Origin: Candidatus Latescibacterota bacterium
Lineage (GTDB): Bacteria > Latescibacterota > UBA2968 > GCA-2709665
Length of the DNA: 64,000 nt
Reading direction: 5' to 3'
Assembly (NCBI GenBank): GCA_965248435.1
Contig: OZ252100.1
Span: 3,904,001-3,968,000, forward strand
A program made the position numbers and the translations under genes. Positions 1-9,918 of the stretch are shown here, in pieces; position 1 is the stretch's first letter, and the number at the start of each line of letters is the position of its first letter. Below the pieces are notes generated by a model that searched no databases, was not told the origin of the DNA, and worked only from the letters and a program-made list of their open reading frames with translations.

Positions 1-714
1 CAGAGCAACGACCTGCTCCACTGGACGATGTCAGAGCAGATCATCCAGAAGGACGAACTGGACCCGCCAGACACCGACTTCTACGGCCTGGGATTCGCGT
101 TCTACGAGAGCATTTACGTCGGATTCGTGTCAGTCCACCACACCGCAAGAGACGACTTTCAGACCTGGCTGGCCTACAGCAGAGACAGCTTCAACTGGCA
201 TCGACTCAGGAGCCGACCGTTCCTGCCCCTGGGACCAGAAGGCAGCTGGGAGTGGGGCATGGTGGGGTGCGGGCCCCCGCACCGGGTGGGGGATGAGCTC
301 CGGTTCTACTATTCAGGGCGGGACGGGCTGCACGACCAGCAGGGTAAGAATACCGGGATCGGGATTGCCGACCTGCGCCTGGACGGGTTCGTGTCGATGG
401 ATACGTTCGAGAACAAACATCGAACGAAGAACTACCCGCCGACGCTGATGACCAAGCCGCTCTACTCCCCGGGGAATCGACTCGTCGTGAACGCGGATGC
501 GAGGGACGGATTTATCGACGCCGAGCTGCTGGACGTGGACGGGTATCCGATAGAGGGTTACTCGAAGGAGGACTGCGATACGTTCGAGGGGGACAGCCTG
601 GCGCACACGTTTACCTGGAAAGGGAATCCGGATATCGGAGGGCGCCTTCCGGCCCGAGTTCGATTTACCCTGAATAACACGAAGCTGTATGCGCTGCAGA
701 TTCCCAAAGCGTAA
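1..714 (+). CDS. GH32/GH43-like five-bladed beta-propeller protein, 5' partial (starts before the window)
   Basis: Frame is open from base 1 (QSNDLLHWT...). Shares motifs with the ORFs at 9919 and 11701 (SRDxFxW, GPEGSW, LRLDGFVS, TKPLYSPGNRL, KLYALQIP). Confidence 0.75.
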   Translation, partial: QSNDLLHWTMSEQIIQKDELDPPDTDFYGLGFAFYESIYVGFVSVHHTARDDFQTWLAYSRDSFNWHRLRSRPFLPLGPEGSWEWGMVGCGPPHRVGDELRFYYSGRDGLHDQQGKNTGIGIADLRLDGFVSMDTFENKHRTKNYPPTLMTKPLYSPGNRLVVNADARDGFIDAELLDVDGYPIEGYSKEDCDTFEGDSLAHTFTWKGNPDIGGRLPARVRFTLNNTKLYALQIPKA

Positions 715-741
715 TGCCGTGGATCGAAAAATCAAAACACG

Positions 742-861
742 GGCCCTCACCCTGCCTCGCTTCGCTCGGCATCCCTCTCCCATATATGGGAGAGGGAAAA
801 AGCATCTTGCTATACCCTCTCCCCTCTCCCACGTGTGGGAGAGGGGCCGGGGGTGAGGGCC
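742..861. repeat. Palindromic REP-like element family B (GGCCCTCACCC...CCCTCTCCC/GGGAGAGGG...GGGTGAGGGCC), copy 1
   Basis: Terminal inverted repeats plus two internal hairpins; near-identical copies at 16253 and 18240. Confidence 0.85.
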
Positions 862-874
862 TTAAGCCTATGAA

Positions 875-915
875 TTTTCGAACCCCGGTACGTGGTTCCC
901 GGTACCCGAAATCAG
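875..915. repeat. Heptamer right arm R (TTTTCGAACCCCGG...GGTACCCGAAATC)
   Basis: Matches the R arms at 2843, 5587, 9831 and 22126. Confidence 0.75.
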
Positions 916-950
916 GTACAGATCCCTCGATTCTGATGATAAGGAGCATG

Positions 951-2690
951 ATGTTAAGCGATCTGGAAATCGCCCAGGCGGCAAAGCTGAAGCCGATTGC
1001 CGATGTTGCGGGTGATCTGGGGCTGAACGAAGAGGACCTGGATTTATACGGAAAGTACAAGGCCAAGGTCCACCTGGATGTCCTGAACCGGCACTGCGAC
1101 CGTCCGAACGGGAAGTACGTCTTTGTCACGGGGATTACGCCGACGCCGCTGGGTGAGGGCAAGACCGTCACGACGGTCGGGTTGAGCCAGGGGCTGAATG
1201 CCATCGGCAAGCGGGTGATCACCTGCCTTCGCCAGCCCTCGCTCGGGCCCACCTTCGGGTTTAAGGGGGGCGCTGCTGGAGGGGGCTACGCGCAGGTGGT
1301 CCCGATGGAGGAGTTCAACCTCCACCTGACCGGGGACGTGCACGCGGTGGGGGCAGCCCACAACCTGCTGGCCGCGGCCGTCGATGCCCGAATTCTTCAC
1401 GAAAATCGACTGAGTGATCAGCGCCTTTCGAAGCTGGGTCTTCGTCGCCTGAACCTGGACCCCTACAGCGTCTCGTGGAAGCGCGTGGTTGATGTGAACG
1501 ACCGGTCGCTACGGGATATCGTCCTGGGGCTTGGCGGTGAAGAAAACGGCCGCCCGCGGGAGACCGGATTCGAGATCACGGCGGCCTCGGAGGTGATGGC
1601 CATCCTGGCACTGGCGAGCGATCTGCAAGACCTCCGAGAGCGACTGGGACGCATCGTCGTGGGCTCCGACAGGACGGGTCGGCCGGTGACCGCGGAGGAC
1701 CTGGAGGTCGCGGGGGCGATGGCTGTCCTCATGAAGGACGCGATGATGCCCAATCTGATGCAGACGCTGGAACAGACGCCGGTCTTCGTGCACGCGGGGC
1801 CGTTCGGCAACATCGCCCACGGCAACAGCTCGATTATCGCGGACCGGATCGGTCTGAAGCTGGTGTCGGATGGTTACCTGGTGACGGAGAGCGGATTCGG
1901 GGCGGATTGCGGCGCCGAGAAGTTCTGCGACATCAAGTGCCGTTGTTCAGGCCTCGCGCCGGACTGCGCCGTTCTCGTGGCCTCCGTTCGGGCCTTGAAG
2001 ATGCACGGCGGGGGCCCGAGTGTGGTTCCCGGCCGGGCACTGAAGCCGGTCTACCGAAGGGAGAACCTGGAGCTTCTGGACAAGGGCATCATGAACCTGG
2101 AGGCGAACATCGGAATCGTCAGGCGATTCGGCATCCCCGTGGTTGTCGCGGTGAACCGGTTTCCCACGGATACCGATGCAGAGCTCGAGCTTGTGAAACG
2201 GGCGGCGATCCAGGCCGGGGCGGAGGACGCCTGCGTGAGCGAGGTGTGGGCTCTCGGGGGCTCAGGTGGACGGGAGCTGGCCGAGGCCGTCGCGGCAGCG
2301 TGCGAGAAGGCATCGAACTTCCGGTTCCTGTATCCCCTGCACGCGCCGATCCGGGAGAAGATCGAGACGATCGCGACGAAGCTCTATGGGGCTTCTGAGG
2401 TGGAGTTTCTGCCCCTGACCCAGGAAAAGATCGACCGGTATGAAAAACTGGGCTACGGCGGGCTGGCGATCAACATGGCCAAGACGCCGTTGTCGCTTTC
2501 GCACGACCCGCACTTAAAGGGTACCCCGAAAGGCTACACGCTTCCGGTGAGGGACATCCGCGCCTCGATCGGCGCCGGGTTCCTGTATCCGCTGTGTGGT
2601 AAGGTAGAGACCATGCCGGGGATGCCCTCATCGCCCGCCTTCAGGCAGGTGGACCTGGATGAGGAGGGTAAGATCGTAGGCCTGTTTTAG
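951..2690 (+). CDS. fhs: Formate--tetrahydrofolate ligase
   Basis: TPTPLGEGKT, FGFKGGAAGGGYAQVVPMEEFNLHLTGD and HAGPFGNIAHG motifs. AAGGAG RBS at 941-946, so the start is 948 or 951. The ORF-track extension to 714 runs through repeats. Confidence 0.95.
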   Translation: MLSDLEIAQAAKLKPIADVAGDLGLNEEDLDLYGKYKAKVHLDVLNRHCDRPNGKYVFVTGITPTPLGEGKTVTTVGLSQGLNAIGKRVITCLRQPSLGPTFGFKGGAAGGGYAQVVPMEEFNLHLTGDVHAVGAAHNLLAAAVDARILHENRLSDQRLSKLGLRRLNLDPYSVSWKRVVDVNDRSLRDIVLGLGGEENGRPRETGFEITAASEVMAILALASDLQDLRERLGRIVVGSDRTGRPVTAEDLEVAGAMAVLMKDAMMPNLMQTLEQTPVFVHAGPFGNIAHGNSSIIADRIGLKLVSDGYLVTESGFGADCGAEKFCDIKCRCSGLAPDCAVLVASVRALKMHGGGPSVVPGRALKPVYRRENLELLDKGIMNLEANIGIVRRFGIPVVVAVNRFPTDTDAELELVKRAAIQAGAEDACVSEVWALGGSGGRELAEAVAAACEKASNFRFLYPLHAPIREKIETIATKLYGASEVEFLPLTQEKIDRYEKLGYGGLAINMAKTPLSLSHDPHLKGTPKGYTLPVRDIRASIGAGFLYPLCGKVETMPGMPSSPAFRQVDLDEEGKIVGLF

Positions 2691-2693
2691 AGG

Positions 2694-2898
2694 CCGGGTA
2701 CCGGGAAAGCAAAACACGGGTACCGGGTGCCGCAAAAGAACGGGTCACCGAATCGCGGATTGCAGATTTCGGAATGAAAAGCAGAATCGATTGAGGCAAG
2801 TAAATTACGAAACGAATAATCAATCGCGAATCCGGAACTGAATTTTCGATCCCCGGACCCCGGTACCCGGTACCCGGTACCCGGTACCCGAAATCGGG
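2694..2898. repeat. 'Empty' heptamer element: left arm L (CGGGTACCGGGAAAGCAAAACACGGGTACCGGG) + spacer + right arm R ((GGTACCC)n)
   Basis: Same arms as flank the four-helix-bundle gene at 9430; inverted relative to each other. Confidence 0.85.
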
Positions 2899-2936
2899 AA
2901 GCAGGCTACATGATGATGGGGATGAGGGAGCCAGCG

Positions 2937-5420
2937 ATGTCGAACATATATAATGTAAGAGAGTTCGGCGCGAAGGGCGACGGCACAACGTTGGATACGG
3001 AGGCGATCCAGAGGGCGATCGACGGCTGTTCCGAAAGTGGCGGCGGCGTGGTCACCTTTCCTCCAGGGACCTATTTGTCCGGCACCTTCTTCCTGAAGAG
3101 TCACGTGAAGATGGAGATCGGTCAGGGTGCCGTTCTTCTTGGAAGTAAGGATCTCTCGGACTACGTGAAGACGGAACCGGGCGCATTCTGCCGAAAGCAC
3201 GGGTTCATTCGTGCGATGAACGTCCGGAACGTTACGGTGTGCGGACCTGGAGTGATCGACGCCGCCATGGTGCTCGAAGAAGACGGCAATCACGGTCCGA
3301 TGTCCGTTGCGTTCGAATACTGCCGGGACGTCACGTTTCAGGACATCACGCTGGATCGCTCGCCGGGATGGGGGTTCTGGTTCCTGGAGTGCGAAAATCT
3401 CAGGCTTCTGGGCGTCAAGGTCCTGGACTCCGCGGGTGCGGGAACGACGATCGTGAACTGCCGACGGGTGCTCTACGACGGCTGCGTGATCGACGGTACG
3501 TTCGACGATCCGATCGTGATCAAGAACGAGCCCAGGCCGGAGAATCCCGGGAACCCCGACATCAGGACAGAGGATGTGATCGTATCGAACACGGTGGTCC
3601 GAAACTCGTCCCACCCGGCGGTCAAGATCGGGACGCAGACGGCCGGACTGTTTCGGAACATCCTCGTATCGAACTGCATCTTCACCGACGTCCGGACCGT
3701 GTTTCAGATCGCTCTCATGCGGAATAAGGTGAAGGAGACGAAGCAGCGCCTTATCGAGAACGTCTCCTTTTCGAACGTGATTGCGCGGAACGTGGGGGAC
3801 GTCTTCGATATCCAGACGAGTGGGGTGGATGAAGCGGCCGTATCCGATCTCGTGTTCGACAACCTCCTTGTATCCGGGATGGAGCGGCCCTCGATCATCC
3901 AGGGCTACGCTCACGTCCCGATTCGAAACGTGACGATCAAGAATTCTCGATTTGTCCACTCTCGGAAGAGCTTGACGAAGTGGCTTTCCACGGATCACAC
4001 GGAGCACCTCACGATTCGAGACGTGGATTTCGAACTCCGGGAGCCTCTGGACAGGCTCGTGGAGATGGAGCACGCAGACGGGTTCACGTGGGACAACGTG
4101 TCCGTCCGGGGAGAAAAGGTGGGTGACAGCGTGATCACGATGCGCGATTCCGGCAGCGCCGAGATCCGGAACTGTATTGCAAAACATTGTGACAGATATG
4201 TGACGGTGGAAGGGGGGATGGAGGAGATCCGCTATCATAACAATGATATGGATGGTATCACCGACCCCCTCGTGGCCGATTCGGCATTGAAGAAGACACG
4301 TCCGCTGACGGATTCCGTAGCGTCTTCTATCCGGGAGATGGATCGAGAGATCGACCCCGGCGAGCGGCCGACGATCGAGGTCGGTCTGAACAATCGGGGG
4401 ACCGCAGCCGCCTTTCTGGCTAAGGCGACTGGAGACGGGGAGGTACTGGGTGGTCGTTGGGTCTTCCTGCGTCCGAAGGAGAAGAGAACGGCGAAGTTCG
4501 AGACACAGCCGATCTACCGATCGGGGCGACACGAGATGGATGTCGCCGGCGTGCAGGAGACGGTGACCGTTCGCGAGGTGCCGTGCACGCTCGATTATCC
4601 CGGGCCCTTCGAGTTGTGGATTGAAGAAGGTAAGCCTGAGGCGGCCTGGGTGAAGGTTCCGGTCCAGAACATCGGGGGGCAGCCCGGCACGGCCGAGGTG
4701 ACGCTGGATGCAGCGGGACACAAGATAAAGAAGGAGATCCCGCTGGAACCGGGCGAGTCGTCGTTCGTGACCTTCGATGACTTCACAGGCACAGCTTCTC
4801 TTCTTCCGCTCAAAGTCGGCGATTATCCCGCTCTGACGCACTATACGTATACAAACACGGAGGGGCGGTTCTTCTACCACCATGACGGCCGAATCGAGAT
4901 CCACGCCGGCGGCGAGCGTGGAACGTTCGAACAGCACGCCGTGGTCTACCTCCCGCAGATTGCGGGCGATTACACGGCCGTCTGCCGCATCCACCACCAG
5001 GACACTCACACAGGTGAATACGCGAGCGTGGGACTGGTCGCTCGAAACGGGATGGCGGACGATGGCTCTGCGGGTCACGCGAAGTATCATCGCGTGATCA
5101 AGTACGGTGGGTTCATGAATTTTAGGGCTGACCGAGACGGGGATGGGAAACTTGACACGGGTGGCGGCGGCGGCGGGGGAGGCATCCCGGTTTGGCTGAA
5201 GCTGGAGAAGCGAGGGAAGGATTTCTGGGCCTACAACAGCCGGGACGGGAAGGAATGGGTGGAGAATCAGGCGCTGAAGGGGGGCAAGCGAAAGATGCTC
5301 AGGAACCATCACGTCCTGGACAACGTGGCTGACACACAGGATGTCGGCGTTTTCGGGCTGTCCTACGGCGACGGGATCTCCAGAGTGATTGTGGGAGACT
5401 TTAGCGTTACTCAGGCCTGA
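2937..5420 (+). CDS. GH28/pectate-lyase-like right-handed beta-helix protein with C-terminal Ig-like and ConA-like domains
   Basis: N-terminal YNVREFGAKGDGTTLDTEAIQRAIDGCSESGGGVVTFPPGTYLSG, DDPIVIK and AVKIGT motifs; RBS GAGGGAG; paralog at 19460. Confidence 0.85.
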   Translation: MSNIYNVREFGAKGDGTTLDTEAIQRAIDGCSESGGGVVTFPPGTYLSGTFFLKSHVKMEIGQGAVLLGSKDLSDYVKTEPGAFCRKHGFIRAMNVRNVTVCGPGVIDAAMVLEEDGNHGPMSVAFEYCRDVTFQDITLDRSPGWGFWFLECENLRLLGVKVLDSAGAGTTIVNCRRVLYDGCVIDGTFDDPIVIKNEPRPENPGNPDIRTEDVIVSNTVVRNSSHPAVKIGTQTAGLFRNILVSNCIFTDVRTVFQIALMRNKVKETKQRLIENVSFSNVIARNVGDVFDIQTSGVDEAAVSDLVFDNLLVSGMERPSIIQGYAHVPIRNVTIKNSRFVHSRKSLTKWLSTDHTEHLTIRDVDFELREPLDRLVEMEHADGFTWDNVSVRGEKVGDSVITMRDSGSAEIRNCIAKHCDRYVTVEGGMEEIRYHNNDMDGITDPLVADSALKKTRPLTDSVASSIREMDREIDPGERPTIEVGLNNRGTAAAFLAKATGDGEVLGGRWVFLRPKEKRTAKFETQPIYRSGRHEMDVAGVQETVTVREVPCTLDYPGPFELWIEEGKPEAAWVKVPVQNIGGQPGTAEVTLDAAGHKIKKEIPLEPGESSFVTFDDFTGTASLLPLKVGDYPALTHYTYTNTEGRFFYHHDGRIEIHAGGERGTFEQHAVVYLPQIAGDYTAVCRIHHQDTHTGEYASVGLVARNGMADDGSAGHAKYHRVIKYGGFMNFRADRDGDGKLDTGGGGGGGGIPVWLKLEKRGKDFWAYNSRDGKEWVENQALKGGKRKMLRNHHVLDNVADTQDVGVFGLSYGDGISRVIVGDFSVTQA

Positions 5421-5423
5421 TAG

Positions 5424-5620
5424 CGGGTACCGGGAAATCAAAAACACGGGTACCGGGTACCGTAAAACCGTGGATCGCGGATCGTGAATCGTGGATCGGA
5501 AAGCGGCCAGATAGAACGCGGCCGTGCATCTGGTAGGAGCCGCCTCCCGGCGGCGAATCTTCACGTGGTAATCGTGTTGGTGATGGTTCGAACCCCGGTA
5601 CCCTGTACCCGGTACCCGGA
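5424..5620. repeat. 'Empty' heptamer element (L arm, GTGGATC heptamers, one GTAG-type REP at about 5533-5556, R arm)
   Basis: L at 5424-5462, R at 5587-5620, GTAGGAGCCGCCTCCCGGCGGCGAA in between. Confidence 0.8.
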
Positions 5621-5635
5621 ATTCAGTGATGCGAA

Positions 5636-7609
5636 ATGGAATCTAGCGCTGCATATCGAATAGCAGAGACTGAGATAGAGACCGCGCCGGCGCATCCTCC
5701 TGAACGGGTGACGGGCCGGGCCTTCCTGCTCGGGCTGGCGACGATCGTGGCCATGTGCCTGTTCGCCGAGCATTACGGGCGAGGGCTCGTGCGGGTGTTT
5801 ATGCCGACGACCTGCCTGCTCGTGCTCGTGTTCTGGACCCTTCTGAATATTCTGCTGAAGGCCGTGCAGCCGCGCTGGGCGCTGTCGCGGATCGAGGTGC
5901 TTACGATCTTCGGGATGACCTGGCTGGTGGGGACGCTGCCGGGAATCGGGCTGATAGGCAGTCTGTTCAGACAGATCGCGGCACCGTCCTACTTTTCCAC
6001 GCCGGAGGATCGGTTCTGGGAGGTCGTGGGCCCCTACCTTCCGATGCATCTGTTTTTCGAAGAGCGGCATCCGGCCGTGGAGGGCTACTACCTGGGAGTG
6101 GGTCCCGGCGAGTCGATTCCCTGGCTGGCGTGGGTCAGGCCGGTCTTCTGGTGGTTTTCCGGGACGGTCTCCCTGGTGATGACAGGATTCTTCGGGAGCG
6201 TGCTGTTCTACAGGCAGTGGTCCGATCACGAGCGCCTGACTTTCCCTCTGTCCACCTTTCCGGCCGACCTCCTGGAGACGTCAGAGGGCAGCCGGGTACC
6301 GGACGCCATCAGGACAAAGGCCTTCTGGGCGGGGTTCGCGCTGGTGGGCGGTATCTACGCCTGGAACATCGCGGGCTACTTCATCCTGGACATGCCCAGG
6401 ATCACGATCTTCGATAGTGCCGGAAAAGCGATCGATCTCGGAAATTATTTTCCCCCGCTCCATACCTTTGTCTCTCCGTTGTTCATCGGACTGTCCTACC
6501 TCTGTCCGCTCAACATCCTGTTGAGCTTCTGGGTCTACTACTTATGGCGCATTACCAAGCTCGGGTTGATGAGCCGGATCGGGTTTACGGTGGGCCTCGC
6601 GGGACAGTCGATCGGACCGTTCGAGACCGTGATACTGGAGGAGCACGGCGCGCTGACCTTCCTGGTGGCCTGGTCGGTATGGGTTGCCCGGGGCCACTTG
6701 AAAGCATCTTTCCGAAAGGCGTTTCGGGAGCCGGAGCGGGATGACGGCGTGCCGATCCGCTATCGCACGGCGTGGCTGGGATTCCTTTGTGCGACCTGTT
6801 TCGTGTTCGGCTGGCTCGTGTCGGCGGGCTACTCACCGCACATCGCGATCATCCAGCTTTTGCTTTACTTCGTTGTCTATTTCGGGCTGGCGAAGTATGC
6901 CGCCGCGACCGGTTTCGTCTGGCTGCGAACGCCGGGTCGAACGGGCTGGAAGATCCTGAGGGCGGTTGCGGGCAGCCGGCACCTGTCGCAGGGCGATCTC
7001 GTCGGCCTCGTTATCGGGGATTCAAGCGGCCTTGCGTCCGGGTTTGCCCGACCGCTGGCGATCCCGGCGATTGTCCACGTCTTTCGCATGATCGGGAATG
7101 CCCTTCAGCGTCGTCCCCTGGTGTGGGGGCTCCTGCCCGCGGCACTTCTCGTGGGATACGTCGCCCAGTGCTCTTTCCACCTGAATCTGAGTTACACACA
7201 GGGGGCGGTGAACGTCGGAGGTACATCGGTCGGTCACCACTTCCTCGGCCTGGTCGGCGACATCGAAGCGACCAGCCCGCCAGGATTCGATCTCCAGAAG
7301 CTGCTGGTCTGGATCATCGGAGCGGCGGAGGCCGCTTTCCTGGGCTTTCTGGGGACACGGTTCACGGGCTGGCCCTTTCACCCGATCGCGCTGGCCTTTC
7401 CGAATGTCCTGGGATTCAATGTCTTTCTGGTCTGGCTGAGTAAGACCATCATCATCCGGCTCGGGGGCGTGGCCCTCTTCCAGCGCTCGAAACCGTTCTA
7501 TTATGCGCTGATTGTCGCCTGGCTGGTCATGCTCAGCGTCTCTACCGTAGTGGACATCATCTGGTTTCCAACGGTCAAGGGATACGGGACGATGCATAGC
7601 TTTAGATAG
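5636..7609 (+). CDS. DUF6785/DUF6784-like polytopic membrane protein (putative transporter)
   Basis: Many hydrophobic segments; family-like motifs RQWSDHERLTFPL and WPFHPIALA; paralogs at 22163 and 63309. Confidence 0.75.
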   Translation: MESSAAYRIAETEIETAPAHPPERVTGRAFLLGLATIVAMCLFAEHYGRGLVRVFMPTTCLLVLVFWTLLNILLKAVQPRWALSRIEVLTIFGMTWLVGTLPGIGLIGSLFRQIAAPSYFSTPEDRFWEVVGPYLPMHLFFEERHPAVEGYYLGVGPGESIPWLAWVRPVFWWFSGTVSLVMTGFFGSVLFYRQWSDHERLTFPLSTFPADLLETSEGSRVPDAIRTKAFWAGFALVGGIYAWNIAGYFILDMPRITIFDSAGKAIDLGNYFPPLHTFVSPLFIGLSYLCPLNILLSFWVYYLWRITKLGLMSRIGFTVGLAGQSIGPFETVILEEHGALTFLVAWSVWVARGHLKASFRKAFREPERDDGVPIRYRTAWLGFLCATCFVFGWLVSAGYSPHIAIIQLLLYFVVYFGLAKYAAATGFVWLRTPGRTGWKILRAVAGSRHLSQGDLVGLVIGDSSGLASGFARPLAIPAIVHVFRMIGNALQRRPLVWGLLPAALLVGYVAQCSFHLNLSYTQGAVNVGGTSVGHHFLGLVGDIEATSPPGFDLQKLLVWIIGAAEAAFLGFLGTRFTGWPFHPIALAFPNVLGFNVFLVWLSKTIIIRLGGVALFQRSKPFYYALIVAWLVMLSVSTVVDIIWFPTVKGYGTMHSFR

Positions 7610-7620
7610 GGGCGTCATTC

Positions 7621-7755
7621 AATTGCGGATTGCGGAATGGAAGACCGGGTATCGGGAAAGCAAAACACGGGTACCGGGTACCGTAGAATCTGTATCTCAC
7701 GAATACTGCAATAGTGGAGACCGTTCGTCTCGCCTGTCCCGAGCTTGTCGAGGGG
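7621..7755. repeat. Repeat cluster: GCGGATT heptamers, solo L arm (7646-7683), GCCTGTCCCGAGCTTGTCGAGGG micro-hairpin (7732-7755)
   Basis: Each unit recurs elsewhere in the window. Confidence 0.7.
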
Positions 7756-7920
7756 AGTGCCCCGAGCCCTTCAAAACGTTTTAGTTCTCAGAGGGCGAGG
7801 GGTTTATCGAGAGACAAGGATCGCCGAATGGGTGGTGTCGGCTGGCCTGGCCCCTCGATACACCCGCGAGATTATTCGGCCTTGGGAAAACAAAACCTTC
7901 ACCCTTAAAGGAGTTCCATC

Positions 7921-9348
7921 GTGTCAACAAAGCGGCCCAACGTAGTGCTGATCATGTGCGACGAGCTCCGCCACGACTGCGGCGGTTTCGCGAATCACCC
8001 GCTGGTTCGCACACCGAATCTGGACCGGCTCGCCGAGAACGGCGTCGTGTTCGAGAACGCGTATTGCGCGACGCCGGTCTGCTCACCGGCGCGAGCGAGC
8101 TGGCTGACCGGGCTCTACCCGCACGCGCACGGTCAGCTCGTCAATTACGGACCCGGAAGGCTGCTCGGGCGGCCGGGGTCCGAGATGCGCTCGGACTGTG
8201 TCACGATCGGGGACGTGCTCAAACGTGAGGGCTACCGATGCGGCATCGTGGGTCCGTGGCATCTGGGGCAAGACCATCAACCCCAGCACGGGTTCACCGA
8301 TTTCTGGCGGGCGGTGGGTTACCAGGGCGACAACCCGGATCCCTGGCAGGAGTACCTCAAACGGGAATCGGTGCCTGACATCAATTCCGCGGGCACGATG
8401 ACGGACGACGGCTTTATGATGAAATACGCAACGCTGACCGACCCGCGCCAGCAGCGGACCACGTGGATGATCGATCGCACATTCGACTTCCTGGACGGGC
8501 GGGACGACGGGGCGTTCTTTTTGTTCCTCAGCGTGAAGGACCCGCACCCGCCCATCATCGTTGCCCCCGAACTCGTGGAGATGTATCCGGAAGACCGGAT
8601 CGAGTTGCCGCCCACTTGGGCCGATCCGCTGGACGGCCGGCCGGACTACCTGCACGCGGAGGTCGGTCGACTGAAACCGGATGTGAAGGAAGCGACCTTC
8701 AAGCGGATGATGGCGCACTACTTCGCGCTGGTCACGCATATCGACCGAGAAGTGGGACGGCTGATCGACCGGCTTCGAGCGCTGGATCTTCTGGATCATA
8801 CGATCGTTGCGTTCATCAGCGATCACGGCGAGATGCTGGGCGACCACGGGTTTACGAGCAAGCGGGTATTCTACGAGGGCTCCGTGAGGGTGCCCTGCAT
8901 CCTTTCGTGGCCGGACGGGCTCCCTGCAGGCCTCCGAATCGGGACCCCCCTCGGAGGGGTGGACCTGATGCCGACGCTGCTGGAGCTGGCGGGTGCCGAG
9001 CTGGAGTCGGAGATTGACGGCCGCAGCGTCGCAGAGCCTGTGGCCGGCGGTCGTGAGCCGGACCCGGTTCCGGTCTTCTCAGAGATTTCATCCTGGAAGG
9101 CCATCTCGGCACTGAGCGAGGATCCGGCGGAGCTGGCGGTCCAGATGATGGTCCTCGACGGCTCGTGGAAATACATACGGAACCGGTTCGACGAGGACGA
9201 GCTCTACGACCTCGAGACGGATCCGAACGAGATCACTAATCTCGCCGGGCAACCCGAGCAGGCGGATCGCATCTCGGATCTGCGAGAGAAAATCCGATCG
9301 ATGCTGGGCCGCACGGGTCCGGGACCTTATGACTGGTGCCTTTCATGA
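7921..9348 (+). CDS. Sulfatase (choline-sulfatase-like), Cys-type
   Basis: RPNVVLIMCD, TPNLDRLA, CSPARAS (CxPxR), SDHGEMLGDHG, ELYDLETDPNE; GTG start with AAGGAG RBS. Confidence 0.92.
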   Translation: MSTKRPNVVLIMCDELRHDCGGFANHPLVRTPNLDRLAENGVVFENAYCATPVCSPARASWLTGLYPHAHGQLVNYGPGRLLGRPGSEMRSDCVTIGDVLKREGYRCGIVGPWHLGQDHQPQHGFTDFWRAVGYQGDNPDPWQEYLKRESVPDINSAGTMTDDGFMMKYATLTDPRQQRTTWMIDRTFDFLDGRDDGAFFLFLSVKDPHPPIIVAPELVEMYPEDRIELPPTWADPLDGRPDYLHAEVGRLKPDVKEATFKRMMAHYFALVTHIDREVGRLIDRLRALDLLDHTIVAFISDHGEMLGDHGFTSKRVFYEGSVRVPCILSWPDGLPAGLRIGTPLGGVDLMPTLLELAGAELESEIDGRSVAEPVAGGREPDPVPVFSEISSWKAISALSEDPAELAVQMMVLDGSWKYIRNRFDEDELYDLETDPNEITNLAGQPEQADRISDLREKIRSMLGRTGPGPYDWCLS

Positions 9349-9353
9349 GGGAA

Positions 9354-9879
9354 CGGGTACCGGGAATCAAACACGGGTACCGGGGATCGGGTACCGGGTA
9401 CCGCAAGAATCAGTTCTGAGACAGGAGATATGAACGTAAAGAGCTACAAGGACCTGGAGGTATGGAGAAAGGGTATTGAGATTGTAGATCTCGTGTATGA
9501 TATCACGGCTCAGTTTCCGAAGGAAGAAACGTATGGTTTGGCTGCGCATATGCAAAAAACGGCGATCTCCATACCATCCAACATTGCAGAGGGCCATGCC
9601 CGACAGCACACCAGAGAGTATCAGCAGTTCTGTCACATCGCGTTGGGTTCGTGTGCTGAATTGGCAACACAGTTGACGATCGCAGAACGACGTAGTTATG
9701 TGTGTGGTGAAAACCTATCGAAATTGGAGGAGGAATTGGACCACGAGACTCGAATGCTCCACAACTTGATAAAGAGTCTTAAGGATAAGTCGCGCTAGGA
9801 ATCTCAAATTTGAAATCAGGACAAATTGGTTTTTCGAACCCCGGACCCCGGTACCCGGTACCCGGTACCCAAAATCGGG
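9354..9879 (+). mobile_element. Putative four-helix-bundle cassette bounded by inverted heptamer arms L (9354-9403) and R (9831-9879)
   Basis: (CGGGTAC)n on the left and (GTACCCG)n on the right of a single AT-richer gene; gene-less versions occur elsewhere. Mobility is inferred. Confidence 0.55.
9430..9798 (+). CDS. Four helix bundle protein (23S rRNA IVP-like family)
   Basis: SYKDLEVWRK, FPKEETYGL, SIPSNIAEG, IALGSCAELATQL motifs; AGGAG RBS. Confidence 0.92.
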   Translation: MNVKSYKDLEVWRKGIEIVDLVYDITAQFPKEETYGLAAHMQKTAISIPSNIAEGHARQHTREYQQFCHIALGSCAELATQLTIAERRSYVCGENLSKLEEELDHETRMLHNLIKSLKDKSR

Positions 9880-9918
9880 TAGCTGACCACTTGGTGGCGA
9901 TGAGGAGGGCTATACAAG

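Noticed and set aside
714-950. N-terminal extension of Fhs in the ORF track
   Set aside because: It translates repeat B and arm R; a good RBS and the family start lie at 941-951.
2820-5564. 914-aa minus-strand ORF (likewise 11722-13095, 43232-44548, 52317-53987, 55315-57219, 58741-60690 and others)
   Set aside because: Antisense shadows of well-supported + strand genes in high-GC DNA; no recognisable motifs.
9430-9798. Four-helix bundle as DGR Avd or as a 23S rRNA intervening-sequence ORF
   Set aside because: No reverse transcriptase, no template/variable repeat pair and no rRNA in the window.
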